Part shown: positions 55,727 to 64,000 of the stretch, piece by piece
Position numbering within the stretch: the first letter of the stretch is position 1
Layout of the letters: every line of letters starts with the position of its first letter
DNA from: a virus
DNA: 64,000 nucleotides
Virus record (IMG/VR): IMGVR_UViG_3300042868_004707
Span: 51,250-115,249 of that record
Strand: one strand, 5' to 3'
Notes under the pieces: generated by a model
Seen by the model: the letters and a program-made list of their open reading frames with translations, nothing else
The model's database searches: none
Told to the model about the DNA's origin: nothing
Position numbers and translations under genes: made by a program

Positions 55727-56446
55727 ATGAAATGGGAAGCGTTCAAAGACAAGTTTCACCCTAGTTGGCATGCAAAGATGCGTCCATTCATAGAGAGTGA
55801 AGAATGTGATAAGATTTATGCATTTCTGAAAGCAGAAGCAAAGAGAGGAAAAAAGATTGCTCCTATATCTATGCATGTATGGAGATGCTTTAAAGAAACA
55901 TCATTAGATGATCTCAAAGTGGTCTTGGTAGGTATGTGTCCATATCACACATTTAAGAATGATGCTCCTGTAGCTGATGGATTACTGATGGGTTGTTCTG
56001 TAACAGAACAGGTACAACCATCATTAGATCAATTCTATAGAGCTATGGAGAAAGAGTTCTACGATGGGTTAAACTTGAATATTATAGAGAATCCAGATGT
56101 GAGCTTTTTAGCTCATCAGGGAGTCTTAATGTTCAATGCGGCATTAACAACAGAGATGAACAAAGCAGGTAGTCATATGGAAATATGGGAACCTCTTGTA
56201 AAATATCTGTTTGAGGAAATTATAAACCACTTAGGTGTACCAATTGTCTTTCTTGGTAAGGACGCAGCTAGATACAAAAAATACACAGGTATATTTACAC
56301 ATGTGTTTGAGGTGTCTCATCCAGCTAGTGCTTCTTATAAAGGAATAGAATGGGACACAGAAGGTGTGTTTGTCAAAGTGAATAAATTATTAGAAGAAAA
56401 CAATGGGTTTAGTGTCATGTGGGTAGATATTGACGCACCCTTTTAA
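55727..56446 (+). CDS. ung: Uracil-DNA glycosylase family-1-like protein with variant catalytic motif
   Basis: LKVVLVGMCPY, PSL, QGVLMFNAALT, GSH..IW, HPA. Confidence 0.82.
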   Translation: MKWEAFKDKFHPSWHAKMRPFIESEECDKIYAFLKAEAKRGKKIAPISMHVWRCFKETSLDDLKVVLVGMCPYHTFKNDAPVADGLLMGCSVTEQVQPSLDQFYRAMEKEFYDGLNLNIIENPDVSFLAHQGVLMFNAALTTEMNKAGSHMEIWEPLVKYLFEEIINHLGVPIVFLGKDAARYKKYTGIFTHVFEVSHPASASYKGIEWDTEGVFVKVNKLLEENNGFSVMWVDIDAPF

Positions 56447-56456
56447 AATTAGAGAA

Positions 56457-56789
56457 ATGGAAAATAAATTAATTGAATTAGAAGATTTACAAGTAGGTGA
56501 TGAGATAATGATATCTTGTCAGTCATACTTCAAATATTTAAAAGTGCTAACACCACCAACATTAAGTAAAACTAAGACACATTGGAAATCAAAAAAACCA
56601 ATGCATGCAAACTTCAGATGCACTACAAGACGAGATGAAGTGATAACATATTCATACACTGATAGTTCAGGGAATGTTCATAATAGAATCAAGAAAAAAT
56701 GGATACCTACAGCTGAAGATCACAACGTAAGAGTGTCACAAGATCTTAATGGAAGACAAATTTGGTTAGTTAAAAGAGAAACAATTTAA
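56457..56789 (+). CDS. Hypothetical protein
   Basis: Start MENKL inferred. Confidence 0.6.
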   Translation: MENKLIELEDLQVGDEIMISCQSYFKYLKVLTPPTLSKTKTHWKSKKPMHANFRCTTRRDEVITYSYTDSSGNVHNRIKKKWIPTAEDHNVRVSQDLNGRQIWLVKRETI

Positions 56790-56799
56790 AACTAGAAAG

Positions 56800-57162
56800 A
56801 TGATTTTAGAAAAACAGAAAGAAGCAAATGTCCTAATTGATGGACAATCACAAGAATCAATTGGAATGTCACTAGACTTAGATAGTGCACAGATTCTTAT
56901 GCAAATGTTAAGTAAGAACTTATATTCAGATGATATAGGTTCTGCTATTAGAGAATGTGCATCTAATGCATTAGACAGTCATAGAAGAGCTGGTGTTGAT
57001 GAACCAATTGTGGTGTCATTCAAGCCATCATCAGCTAACAACTATGAATTCTGTGTAGAGGATTTTGGTATTGGTTTAGATGCTGATGATGTAAAGAATA
57101 TCATCAGTAAGTATGGTAAGTCTACCAAACGTGATTCTGCTACAGAATTAGGTATGATGGGT
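56800..57162 (+). CDS. rIIA: rIIA-like GHKL ATPase, exon 1 (121 codons)
   Basis: LYSD...RECASNALDSH, DFGIG, YGKSTK, LGMMG at the splice point. Confidence 0.85.
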
Positions 57163-58157
57163 CAACAAAACTAGGCCCAGCGTAAAAGTAATTTTACGTT
57201 AAAAATATTGGATGAATTTTTGGAAATCTAAATTAAATTATTAACTTTGTAACCTAAACATAACACACCATGGGATACAAGTACAAAGTTAATCACAATT
57301 ATTTCAATATAATTGACACAGAATACAAAGCTTATATTTTAGGTTTTATATATGCTGACGGTTGCATATCACAACCTTCAGGTAATAGAAAACTTAATCT
57401 CAGAATAGGAGTTCAAGAAGAGGATGGTTATATTCTTGATGAATTATCTAGAGAAGCTGCAGGAGGACAAAAAAATATTGTTAATACTCCTTCAAGTATT
57501 AAAAAAGGTTATAAACCTCAACATTGTGTCAATATAGTATCAAATCTAATAGGTAACAACCTAATTGATTTAGGATGCAACATCAATAAAAGTAAATTAG
57601 GAATGACTTTTCCTAAACTAGAAAAACATTTAATACCTCATTTCATTAGAGGATTTTTGGATGGTGATGGAAGTGTAATATTGAAAAAATTACAATATAA
57701 GTATATTAGAAAAACTAATCATAGTATTTTTAAACCACATAAACAACAGTATAAACTTAAATTAGCTTTTTGCTCAACCGATAAAGAATTTCTATTAGAA
57801 ATAGCAAAATGTTTAAATATAAGTAAACCTTACATAACTGAAAAAGTTAGAAAACAGGTTAATTATATATTGTGGATAGAAAATAAACAAGAAGTTTTAG
57901 ATAGTATAGATTATTTGTATAGTGATGCTACTTATTTTCTTAAAAGAAAATATGACAAAGTAGTAGAATTTAACATGACAATCAAAAGCGAAGCTGAAGA
58001 TACATCTTCAGAACGTTTAGAGACTACCTGAGCAGTAAAGTCTGCTTAATAACAGGAAGTAGTATGGGTTAGTAACCATATGAAAAAGCGTCCAACCCCT
58101 ATTTATAGGGTGATGATATAGTCCGACACTCTGGGAAACCAGAGATTAACAGAACCG
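57163..58157 (+). mobile_element. Group I intron in rIIA
   Basis: P1 TGGGT/GCCCA, P10 CTAG, TTTAGAGACTA and GATATAGTCC core elements, terminal G; removal restores GMMG-LGFK in frame. Confidence 0.88.
57270..58031 (+). CDS. Intron-encoded double-motif LAGLIDADG homing endonuclease
   Basis: AYILGFIYADGCI and HFIRGFLDGDGSV; promoter TTTG-N19-TAACTTTG at 57219..57249. Confidence 0.9.
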   Translation: MGYKYKVNHNYFNIIDTEYKAYILGFIYADGCISQPSGNRKLNLRIGVQEEDGYILDELSREAAGGQKNIVNTPSSIKKGYKPQHCVNIVSNLIGNNLIDLGCNINKSKLGMTFPKLEKHLIPHFIRGFLDGDGSVILKKLQYKYIRKTNHSIFKPHKQQYKLKLAFCSTDKEFLLEIAKCLNISKPYITEKVRKQVNYILWIENKQEVLDSIDYLYSDATYFLKRKYDKVVEFNMTIKSEAEDTSSERLETT

Positions 58158-60128
58158 CTAGGTTTTAAAGCACCTCTTGCATACTCTAGTAGTTTCTACT
58201 TTGTATGTAGAAAGAATGGTATGGAACGTAAGTACATGATGTATGAAGGAGAAGATGCTAACACCATCGATCTTTTACACGAAGCACCTACAACAGAGAG
58301 AAATGGTGTAAAAATTATAATTCCTGTTAAGTACAGTGACAAATGGCAATTCCACAATAAGATAAAGGAACAACTTTGTTATTTCGAGAGTGTGTATTTT
58401 GATGTACCAGAAGATCCATCTGTCAATAATGAATTCATTATTACAAGACATGAGCACTTTCAATTTTCTGAAATGTCTACAGATAACAATTTACACATAT
58501 GTTTAGACAATGTGTATTATCCATTAGACTTTGAAAAATTAGGTATGGATAGAATTCAATTTCCTATTGCTCTTAGGTTCTCTTTGAGTGATGGAATCTA
58601 TCCCACGCCTAACAGAGAATCATTACGCTACACCCAAGAGGCAAAACAAATCATTATGCAGAAGTTTATGGATGTGGCAAACTATTTTGTTGCTAAGTAT
58701 AATGAAACTGTTGAAGAGGGTACTGATATCAAGTCTGTCATAAACTATCTTGAGAAGAATGGATATTATTTAACTATGGAGAATGAAGCTAAATATAGAA
58801 TCGATCCATTTGTACCATTCTCTACAATTAAACCAGCTATTCCTCAATTAGATGGAGTTAAACTTTTGGATTTTCCAAGTCTTTACAAAAGAACAAAGCA
58901 ATATTTATTGGCTAATGATTTTAAATGTAAATACTCTTTGAGATATAAGAGAATGCATGATATGGAAAAACATTATGTCTATGGATTTAACATTGAAAAT
59001 GTTTGTAATGGTATCGCTAATGTGTATATTTACGAAGATAGAATTGCTGGTATCAAAAAAGATTATCTAAGAGCTACATGTAAAGAAAGTGATTACAATT
59101 TCTTTGTTAAACCAGCTAAACCTATGACACTTGGACATACTTCTAAATATGACATACGTACATATTATCATATGTTAGAACTTAAGAACTATCCAAAAGA
59201 ACAATGGAGAGATGTTATTAAAGAATATCAACACGTTATGTCTTTGATTAGTGCAAACTTCATAGATTTAGATGCATTTGAGGTGCCACAATGGTTTATC
59301 GATAGCAAGAAAAAGATTAAACCTACAGTTGTTGGAACTGGTGGTGCTCCTGGTGTAAGAAAAGTTAAACTTAAAGGAGAAATTGTTGGTAAAGAAGCTG
59401 ATGATCTTCAGAAATGGAGCTATGGTAGATGTTGTAAATTTGTTCCTATAACATATAAGTTAGAGAAATTAGAATCTGATAAGAATCTGAAAGTGTATGC
59501 ACATCATGATGAATATATGAAGCTTGATGCTTTATTTGGTTGCATACAAAAACAAAAGATGAAAGTGGTTACATTCTCTCAAAGAGAATTAGCTATTGTA
59601 AAAAATTCTGAAATACACAACTTAATATCATTAGAACAATTTATGGAAGGAAAAAACAAACCATTCAAACGTATGGCTACAGCTTATCTAATCAAAAAGA
59701 TGATGGAGAAATACAGATCTACGTTTGACAGATCACTTCAAGTGGGATTCACGTCTTCGCCTTTAAAAGATAGACTACATGTATTATCTAAGTATGCATC
59801 TGACAACTATTATCTACCTGGTTATTCAGGAGGAAGTGCTGGAGCTAGAGAATTCTTAGAATCTATGTTAGCAGTGGCTGAAGAACACAAGTTGTTTGAT
59901 ATGACAATCTATCCTGAAGTGATGGAAATGCAAGAGATATTTGATAAGCTTCCTTTCTTGAATCCTTTTATGACAGGAGTAGGATATTATGATGACAAAA
60001 ATCCTCTTGTAAATGTACTATCTGATCTATTCAAATATTACAGATATAGAGTGGATCTTAAACACTACAACATTAAACTTAATGATGAAGTGTTAACTGA
60101 AGAAACAATAGAAGAATTAGTAGATTAA
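58158..60128 (+). CDS. rIIA: rIIA-like protein, exon 2 (spliced product 777 aa)
   Basis: LGFKAPLAYSSSF...TTERNGVKIIIPV...PTPNRESLRYT. Confidence 0.85.
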   Translation, partial: LGFKAPLAYSSSFYFVCRKNGMERKYMMYEGEDANTIDLLHEAPTTERNGVKIIIPVKYSDKWQFHNKIKEQLCYFESVYFDVPEDPSVNNEFIITRHEHFQFSEMSTDNNLHICLDNVYYPLDFEKLGMDRIQFPIALRFSLSDGIYPTPNRESLRYTQEAKQIIMQKFMDVANYFVAKYNETVEEGTDIKSVINYLEKNGYYLTMENEAKYRIDPFVPFSTIKPAIPQLDGVKLLDFPSLYKRTKQYLLANDFKCKYSLRYKRMHDMEKHYVYGFNIENVCNGIANVYIYEDRIAGIKKDYLRATCKESDYNFFVKPAKPMTLGHTSKYDIRTYYHMLELKNYPKEQWRDVIKEYQHVMSLISANFIDLDAFEVPQWFIDSKKKIKPTVVGTGGAPGVRKVKLKGEIVGKEADDLQKWSYGRCCKFVPITYKLEKLESDKNLKVYAHHDEYMKLDALFGCIQKQKMKVVTFSQRELAIVKNSEIHNLISLEQFMEGKNKPFKRMATAYLIKKMMEKYRSTFDRSLQVGFTSSPLKDRLHVLSKYASDNYYLPGYSGGSAGAREFLESMLAVAEEHKLFDMTIYPEVMEMQEIFDKLPFLNPFMTGVGYYDDKNPLVNVLSDLFKYYRYRVDLKHYNIKLNDEVLTEETIEELVD

Positions 60129-60189
60129 ATAAAGAGGAGAGAAATCTCCTCTTATTAACAAGTAACAATTAATTAAATAAATAAAAATC

Positions 60190-61710
60190 ATGAGCAACAA
60201 ATTTTTAAGCCTTGAATGGTTCAAGAGCAAAGTGGAAATGTCAATTGACAGAGTTATTGAAAGTAAGATAGAAAGTCTTATTCAAGAAGAGAATAAATCA
60301 GAATCTCAACAAAAGTATGTAAAACCATATTTCTCAATGAAGATGGTTAATAATGTTCTTACAGTGGTGTTGAATGATGGTGCTATTATTAGTAAACCTA
60401 ATTCATCTGAAGAAGATTTCCATGCTGTAGCAAATGCTAGAAGTATAGAAGAAATCTTAGCAATCACATCTTCTTCAGAAGTGATAGCTGATGTAGAACA
60501 AGCAAAAGCAGAAGCTGCTAGAATTAGAGCTTTTCAACAAGGAATACAAGCACTTGCTGACCTACCTGATTTCACTGTAGAAGGAAATACAGTTTATTTA
60601 GCTGGTACATCAAGAAGTCTTCCTCAATTACTTGTAGAGAAATTTATTGAAGTGGTTGATAGAGTGTATAATGAAGGAACATCTAAATACATTCATGAAA
60701 AATTACAAAGAGACGATGAGTATGTAGCATTAAAAAACTTCTTCATGTGGTGTTGTTTAAACCCAAGAGCTGAAGTGGCACATGAGTTATACAGATTCTT
60801 AACAGAGAATTCATTCAGAATCACTAGACAAGGATTTGTTGTAGCTCTTAGAAATGTTGTAACATTACACGGAAGTCCAGAGCTTGTACATTTTGTAAGT
60901 AATACATACAACAAGGTTAAAGCTGTATGGAAGAAGAATCCAAATGAGTACACAGTGTTCTTAGAGAATGGTGAATACAAACTTGTGCATGATGACAAGT
61001 TGACAGAAACTAAAACATATACATCTACAGAATGTCAACAATGTGATGGAGAAGGTTATAATGATTGGAACGATGATGATGAATGGGAAGATTGTGATTC
61101 ATGCGATGGATCAGGAGAAACGGAAGAATATGAATATACAATAGAAGTTCCTGTAGACCATGGTCAAAAGATTGGTGGGTTAACTGAGTTATATCTAGAT
61201 CTTCCTAATAGAGAAGAGAATAGATTTACAGATGACTGGACTAAAACATTTGACATTCGTGTAGGTCAAGTTACCAGTATGCCTATGGAAGAATGTAACT
61301 GGAGCACACAAGATTGTGCTGCTGCAGGATTACATTTCACAGCTGATCAGATTCACTATGTAGGATGTGGTGACCAATCTGTTCTTGTTCTTATCAACCC
61401 TATGAAAGTGGTTGGTATTGGTACACACAAGGGTAGATGTTATGAATATCTTCCAATTATGACTGTACCAAGAGAAGAAGCTACAAAGATTTTACATGAT
61501 GGACAGTTTGATACATTACAATTAGATGAGCAGTATGCTATCCGTGAATTAGAATCTCTTACAGAGAAAGTTAAAGAAGGATTTGCTACTGAAGCTAAGA
61601 AGTATGAATTCAACATGCCACATATTTCTGCATCAGAAATTAACACTATTGTTTCTAATCTTGGTGAGATGAAAGCCATGATTAAAAATCGTGTTAATAC
61701 AATTAAGTAA
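60190..61710 (+). CDS. rIIB: rIIB-like protein with an inserted CxxCxGxG zinc finger
   Basis: Follows rIIA; LYRFL...ITRQGFVVALRNV, CAAAGLHF, LINPMKVV...KGRCYEY. Confidence 0.8.
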   Translation: MSNKFLSLEWFKSKVEMSIDRVIESKIESLIQEENKSESQQKYVKPYFSMKMVNNVLTVVLNDGAIISKPNSSEEDFHAVANARSIEEILAITSSSEVIADVEQAKAEAARIRAFQQGIQALADLPDFTVEGNTVYLAGTSRSLPQLLVEKFIEVVDRVYNEGTSKYIHEKLQRDDEYVALKNFFMWCCLNPRAEVAHELYRFLTENSFRITRQGFVVALRNVVTLHGSPELVHFVSNTYNKVKAVWKKNPNEYTVFLENGEYKLVHDDKLTETKTYTSTECQQCDGEGYNDWNDDDEWEDCDSCDGSGETEEYEYTIEVPVDHGQKIGGLTELYLDLPNREENRFTDDWTKTFDIRVGQVTSMPMEECNWSTQDCAAAGLHFTADQIHYVGCGDQSVLVLINPMKVVGIGTHKGRCYEYLPIMTVPREEATKILHDGQFDTLQLDEQYAIRELESLTEKVKEGFATEAKKYEFNMPHISASEINTIVSNLGEMKAMIKNRVNTIK

Positions 61711-61772
61711 TAATTAATATGGTTTTGTCCCAGATTTTCACTAAATTTGGGACGAAACTTAATTATAATTAC

Positions 61773-62162
61773 ATGGCAAAGAGAGTGTTAGTCCCAAAGA
61801 CAAGATGTGATGGTACAATGAGTGAAGCAGCCTTTTGGAGTTTCATAAGAAGTGCTTTGAGACAAAAGAGTAGATGGTGGAAGCCCATATCAATATGTAA
61901 ATTAAATGCACGAAGAGATTATACTGGACCTGGTAAACGTCAAAAGTATGAATATCAATGTAAGAAGTGTAAGAAGTGGCATCCAGAGAAACAAATCAAC
62001 GTGGACCACATTATTCCTGCAGGGAGTTTAAACTGTGCACAAGACTTACCTTTATTTGTAGAACGTTTATTCTGTGAACAAGATAATTTACAAGTGCTTT
62101 GTGTAACGTGTCATGATAAGAAGACATTGAAAGAGAAACAATCTAAAAAGAAGACATTATGA
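61773..62162 (+). CDS. HNH endonuclease
   Basis: CKKC...VDHIIPAG...NLQVLCVTCHDKKT; start MAKRV inferred. Confidence 0.8.
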   Translation: MAKRVLVPKTRCDGTMSEAAFWSFIRSALRQKSRWWKPISICKLNARRDYTGPGKRQKYEYQCKKCKKWHPEKQINVDHIIPAGSLNCAQDLPLFVERLFCEQDNLQVLCVTCHDKKTLKEKQSKKKTL

Positions 62163-62319
62163 TAAAAAATCTTATAAGTAGATGGACTATGGTTAAAATT
62201 ACAAAAAAACCATTATATGATCGATTAGAAAATAAAGTGATATACTATTGGCAAGATTGCTATTTTGAAACCTATATGGCTGCATCAAGATGGAGTTATA
62301 GAATTAAATTAAACTAATT

Positions 62320-62553
62320 ATGAAGAACGCAATAACAATAAACAAAACTCCCTCATTCAATGAGGTGTGGCATGAAGGCCACATAGAACATGAAGGTAAA
62401 TATCACTATTTCTGGTTAATACATCCACAAGGATTAGATGACAAAGGTGAAGCATATTCTTGCGAGGTACGCTGGTTTTTTCAAAAAGTTCCTAAACAAG
62501 TTAGAGATCTATATCCAATAATAATAGAAAGTTTTATGCAAACTTTACGATAA
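62320..62553 (+). CDS. Hypothetical protein, probably with a replacement C-terminus
   Basis: Last 28 aa duplicated at 63325..63426. Confidence 0.65.
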   Translation: MKNAITINKTPSFNEVWHEGHIEHEGKYHYFWLIHPQGLDDKGEAYSCEVRWFFQKVPKQVRDLYPIIIESFMQTLR

Positions 62554-62557
62554 AAAA

Positions 62558-62589
62558 TTTGGTAGATTAAAATACTTGTATTACATTTG
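62558..62589 (+). promoter_or_regulatory. Bacteroidota-type promoter of the RHH/GIY-YIG cassette
   Basis: TTTG-N20-TACATTTG. Confidence 0.65.
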
Positions 62590-62609
62590 TATAACAAAAA
62601 CATATACAA

Positions 62610-62741
62610 ATGAAAAATGAAGAAACTATCTTACTTCGTATAAATGGAGAAGTAAAAGAAAAATTAGTTAGAAAAGCTGAATCGCTAGGACTTAGTCTAT
62701 CAGCATATATTAGATTGATTATTATTCAAGACTTAATGTAA
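62610..62741 (+). CDS. Ribbon-helix-helix protein (43 aa)
   Basis: MKNEETILLRINGEVKEKLVRKAESLGLSLSAYIRLIIIQDLM*; TAATG-coupled to the GIY-YIG gene. Confidence 0.7.
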   Translation: MKNEETILLRINGEVKEKLVRKAESLGLSLSAYIRLIIIQDLM

Positions 62742-63328
62742 TGATAGGAATTTATAAAATAACAAGTCCTACTGGTAGAGTTTATATTGGACAAAGTTGG
62801 AACATCGAAAGAAGATTTAAACAATATAAGAAATCTTTAGGTGCTAAACAAATAAAACTATTTAACTCTATTAGTAAACATGGTATTGAATCTCATGTAT
62901 TTGAAATTATACATGAGTTTTTAGAACAAATTGATCAAAAGACTTTAGATGATCATGAAATTTTATATTGGAATCAATATAAAAATTTAGGAATTGATGT
63001 TTTAAATACTAGAGAACCAGGAAAAGGAGGAAAACATTCTGATGAAACTAAAAAGTTGATGTCTGAATGGCAGATTGGAAAAGTTTTATCTTCTGAAACA
63101 AAAGATAAAATTTCAAAAGCTCATATAGGAAGAATTGCTTGGAACAAAGGATTAAAACATTCTCAAGAAACTAAAGATAAAATATCTCTAGCAAATAAAG
63201 GTAAAAAGCATTCACAAGAAGAAATTGATAAAATGTCAAAAGCTTTAAAAGGAAGAGTTTTTTCTGAAGAAACTAGAAGAAAAATATCTGAAGCTAAAAA
63301 AGGAACAAAATATAAAACAAAATTATGA
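62741..63328 (+). CDS. GIY-YIG homing endonuclease with NUMOD3 repeats
   Basis: IGIYKITSPTGRVYIGQS; repeated HSxETKxKIS. Confidence 0.92.
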   Translation: MIGIYKITSPTGRVYIGQSWNIERRFKQYKKSLGAKQIKLFNSISKHGIESHVFEIIHEFLEQIDQKTLDDHEILYWNQYKNLGIDVLNTREPGKGGKHSDETKKLMSEWQIGKVLSSETKDKISKAHIGRIAWNKGLKHSQETKDKISLANKGKKHSQEEIDKMSKALKGRVFSEETRRKISEAKKGTKYKTKL

Positions 63329-63426
63329 AAGAACAATTAGAAGTGAGATGGTTTTTCTCAAGAGTACCAAGAGAGGTGAGAGCATTATATCCACAAATTA
63401 TAGAAGCATTTAAACAAACATTATGA
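63325..63426 (+). pseudogene. Orphaned 3' fragment of the gene at 62320
   Basis: MKEQLEVRWFFSRVPREVRALYPQIIEAFKQTL*. Confidence 0.7.
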
Positions 63427-63590
63427 AAACACACATATGGGAAGATACAAGACTCTTTAATATAAACAAAGAGTTACAACAATTGATTGATGACAAAACA
63501 GTAAAAACAGTTGTATCAATGTCTTTAGTAGCTGTTGAAAGTCCAACAAGCTCAATATCATTATATAGTGCAATATTAATATATAAGTAG
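63423..63590 (+). CDS. 55-aa hypothetical protein
   Basis: ATGA-coupled ORF filling the gap. Confidence 0.45.
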   Translation: MKTHIWEDTRLFNINKELQQLIDDKTVKTVVSMSLVAVESPTSSISLYSAILIYK

Positions 63591-63591
63591 T

Positions 63592-64000
63592 ATGATAAAA
63601 GGAACAGTAAAAACAGAAGCTCAATATAGAGCAGTGGTTATGGATTCATCCAGTAGCCTAAAAGATTTCTCTACAGATAGAAAGAAGTATTACAAAAAAT
63701 ATTTCCTTGGAGAGAAGGTAGAAGACAAAGATAGCTCAGCAGCTAATATGGGTAGAATAGTTGAAACCCTACTTATGGAACCTCATTTATTTGATGATAA
63801 GTTCTATATGTCATCTTGTGCTTCTACACCTACAGGACTTATGTTAGATTTTGTAGAAGCATTGTATAGACATACAAGAGATGCTACAGATGAATTTGGT
63901 GTAATTACTAGAGTGTTTACAGATATATTACAAGATGCATACAAAGATTCAGGATTTAAAATTAAATATGAAGCTGTAGTAACTAAGTTTATAGGAAGTG
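63592..64000 (+). CDS. PD-(D/E)XK exonuclease-like protein (RecE/ExoVIII-like), partial
   Basis: YRAVVMDSSSSLKDF...KKYY...AANMGRIVETLLMEP; runs off the window, catalytic motifs not seen. Confidence 0.55.
   Translation, partial: MIKGTVKTEAQYRAVVMDSSSSLKDFSTDRKKYYKKYFLGEKVEDKDSSAANMGRIVETLLMEPHLFDDKFYMSSCASTPTGLMLDFVEALYRHTRDATDEFGVITRVFTDILQDAYKDSGFKIKYEAVVTKFIGS

Noticed and set aside
57163-58220. Reading 56800..57174 and 58221..60128 as two independent genes or a pseudogene
   Set aside because: Group I intron boundaries join them in frame and restore the GHKL motif
26043-61679. Minus-strand ORFs in the early/replication module other than 39815..40234
   Set aside because: Antisense shadows; 39034..39228 simply overlaps the tRNA-like and structured RNAs
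1-64000. Stop-codon reassignment as in some gut crAss-like phages
   Set aside because: Core genes are full length in code 11, TAG and TGA end genes at sensible places, and no suppressor tRNA is seen
1-64000. CRISPR array, DGR/retron reverse transcriptase, integrase
   Set aside because: No repeat-spacer periodicity and no reverse transcriptase or recombinase motifs seen in any ORF

Overview
64 kb of an AT-rich crAss-like (Crassvirales-type) podophage genome in the standard genetic code. The host is probably a Bacteroidota member, judging from TTTG-N19-21-TAnnTTTG/A promoters. Positions 1-25.7 kb (minus strand) hold the virion module: terminase, portal, putative scaffold, major capsid, ring/hub/fibre proteins, a tail muzzle gene cut by the window edge, two IHF-like genes and an initiator-type tRNA-Met. 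Positions 26-64 kb (plus strand) hold small early/accessory ORFs, a MoxR-AAA/VWA pair, an RNA-gene cluster and the replication module (PolB, DnaB-like and SF2 helicases, AAA_24, putative SSB, primase, UDG-like, rIIA/rIIB, a PD-(D/E)XK nuclease). Highlights: (1) a phage tmRNA split in its T-loop by a group I intron with an antisense LAGLIDADG gene, apparently encoding a 45-residue tag; (2) two tRNA-Leu-like scaffolds whose anticodon/variable region is replaced by unrelated 51-56 nt structured inserts, plus other orphan structured RNAs; (3) three free-standing homing-endonuclease cassettes, each beside a recoded duplicate of the terminus of the gene it interrupts; (4) a second group I intron in the rIIA ATP-lid motif; (5) a recurring TCCTTAA leader motif in early genes; (6) a UDG with Cys at the catalytic Asp position. 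All calls come from reading the sequence by eye; no searches or folding programs were run.
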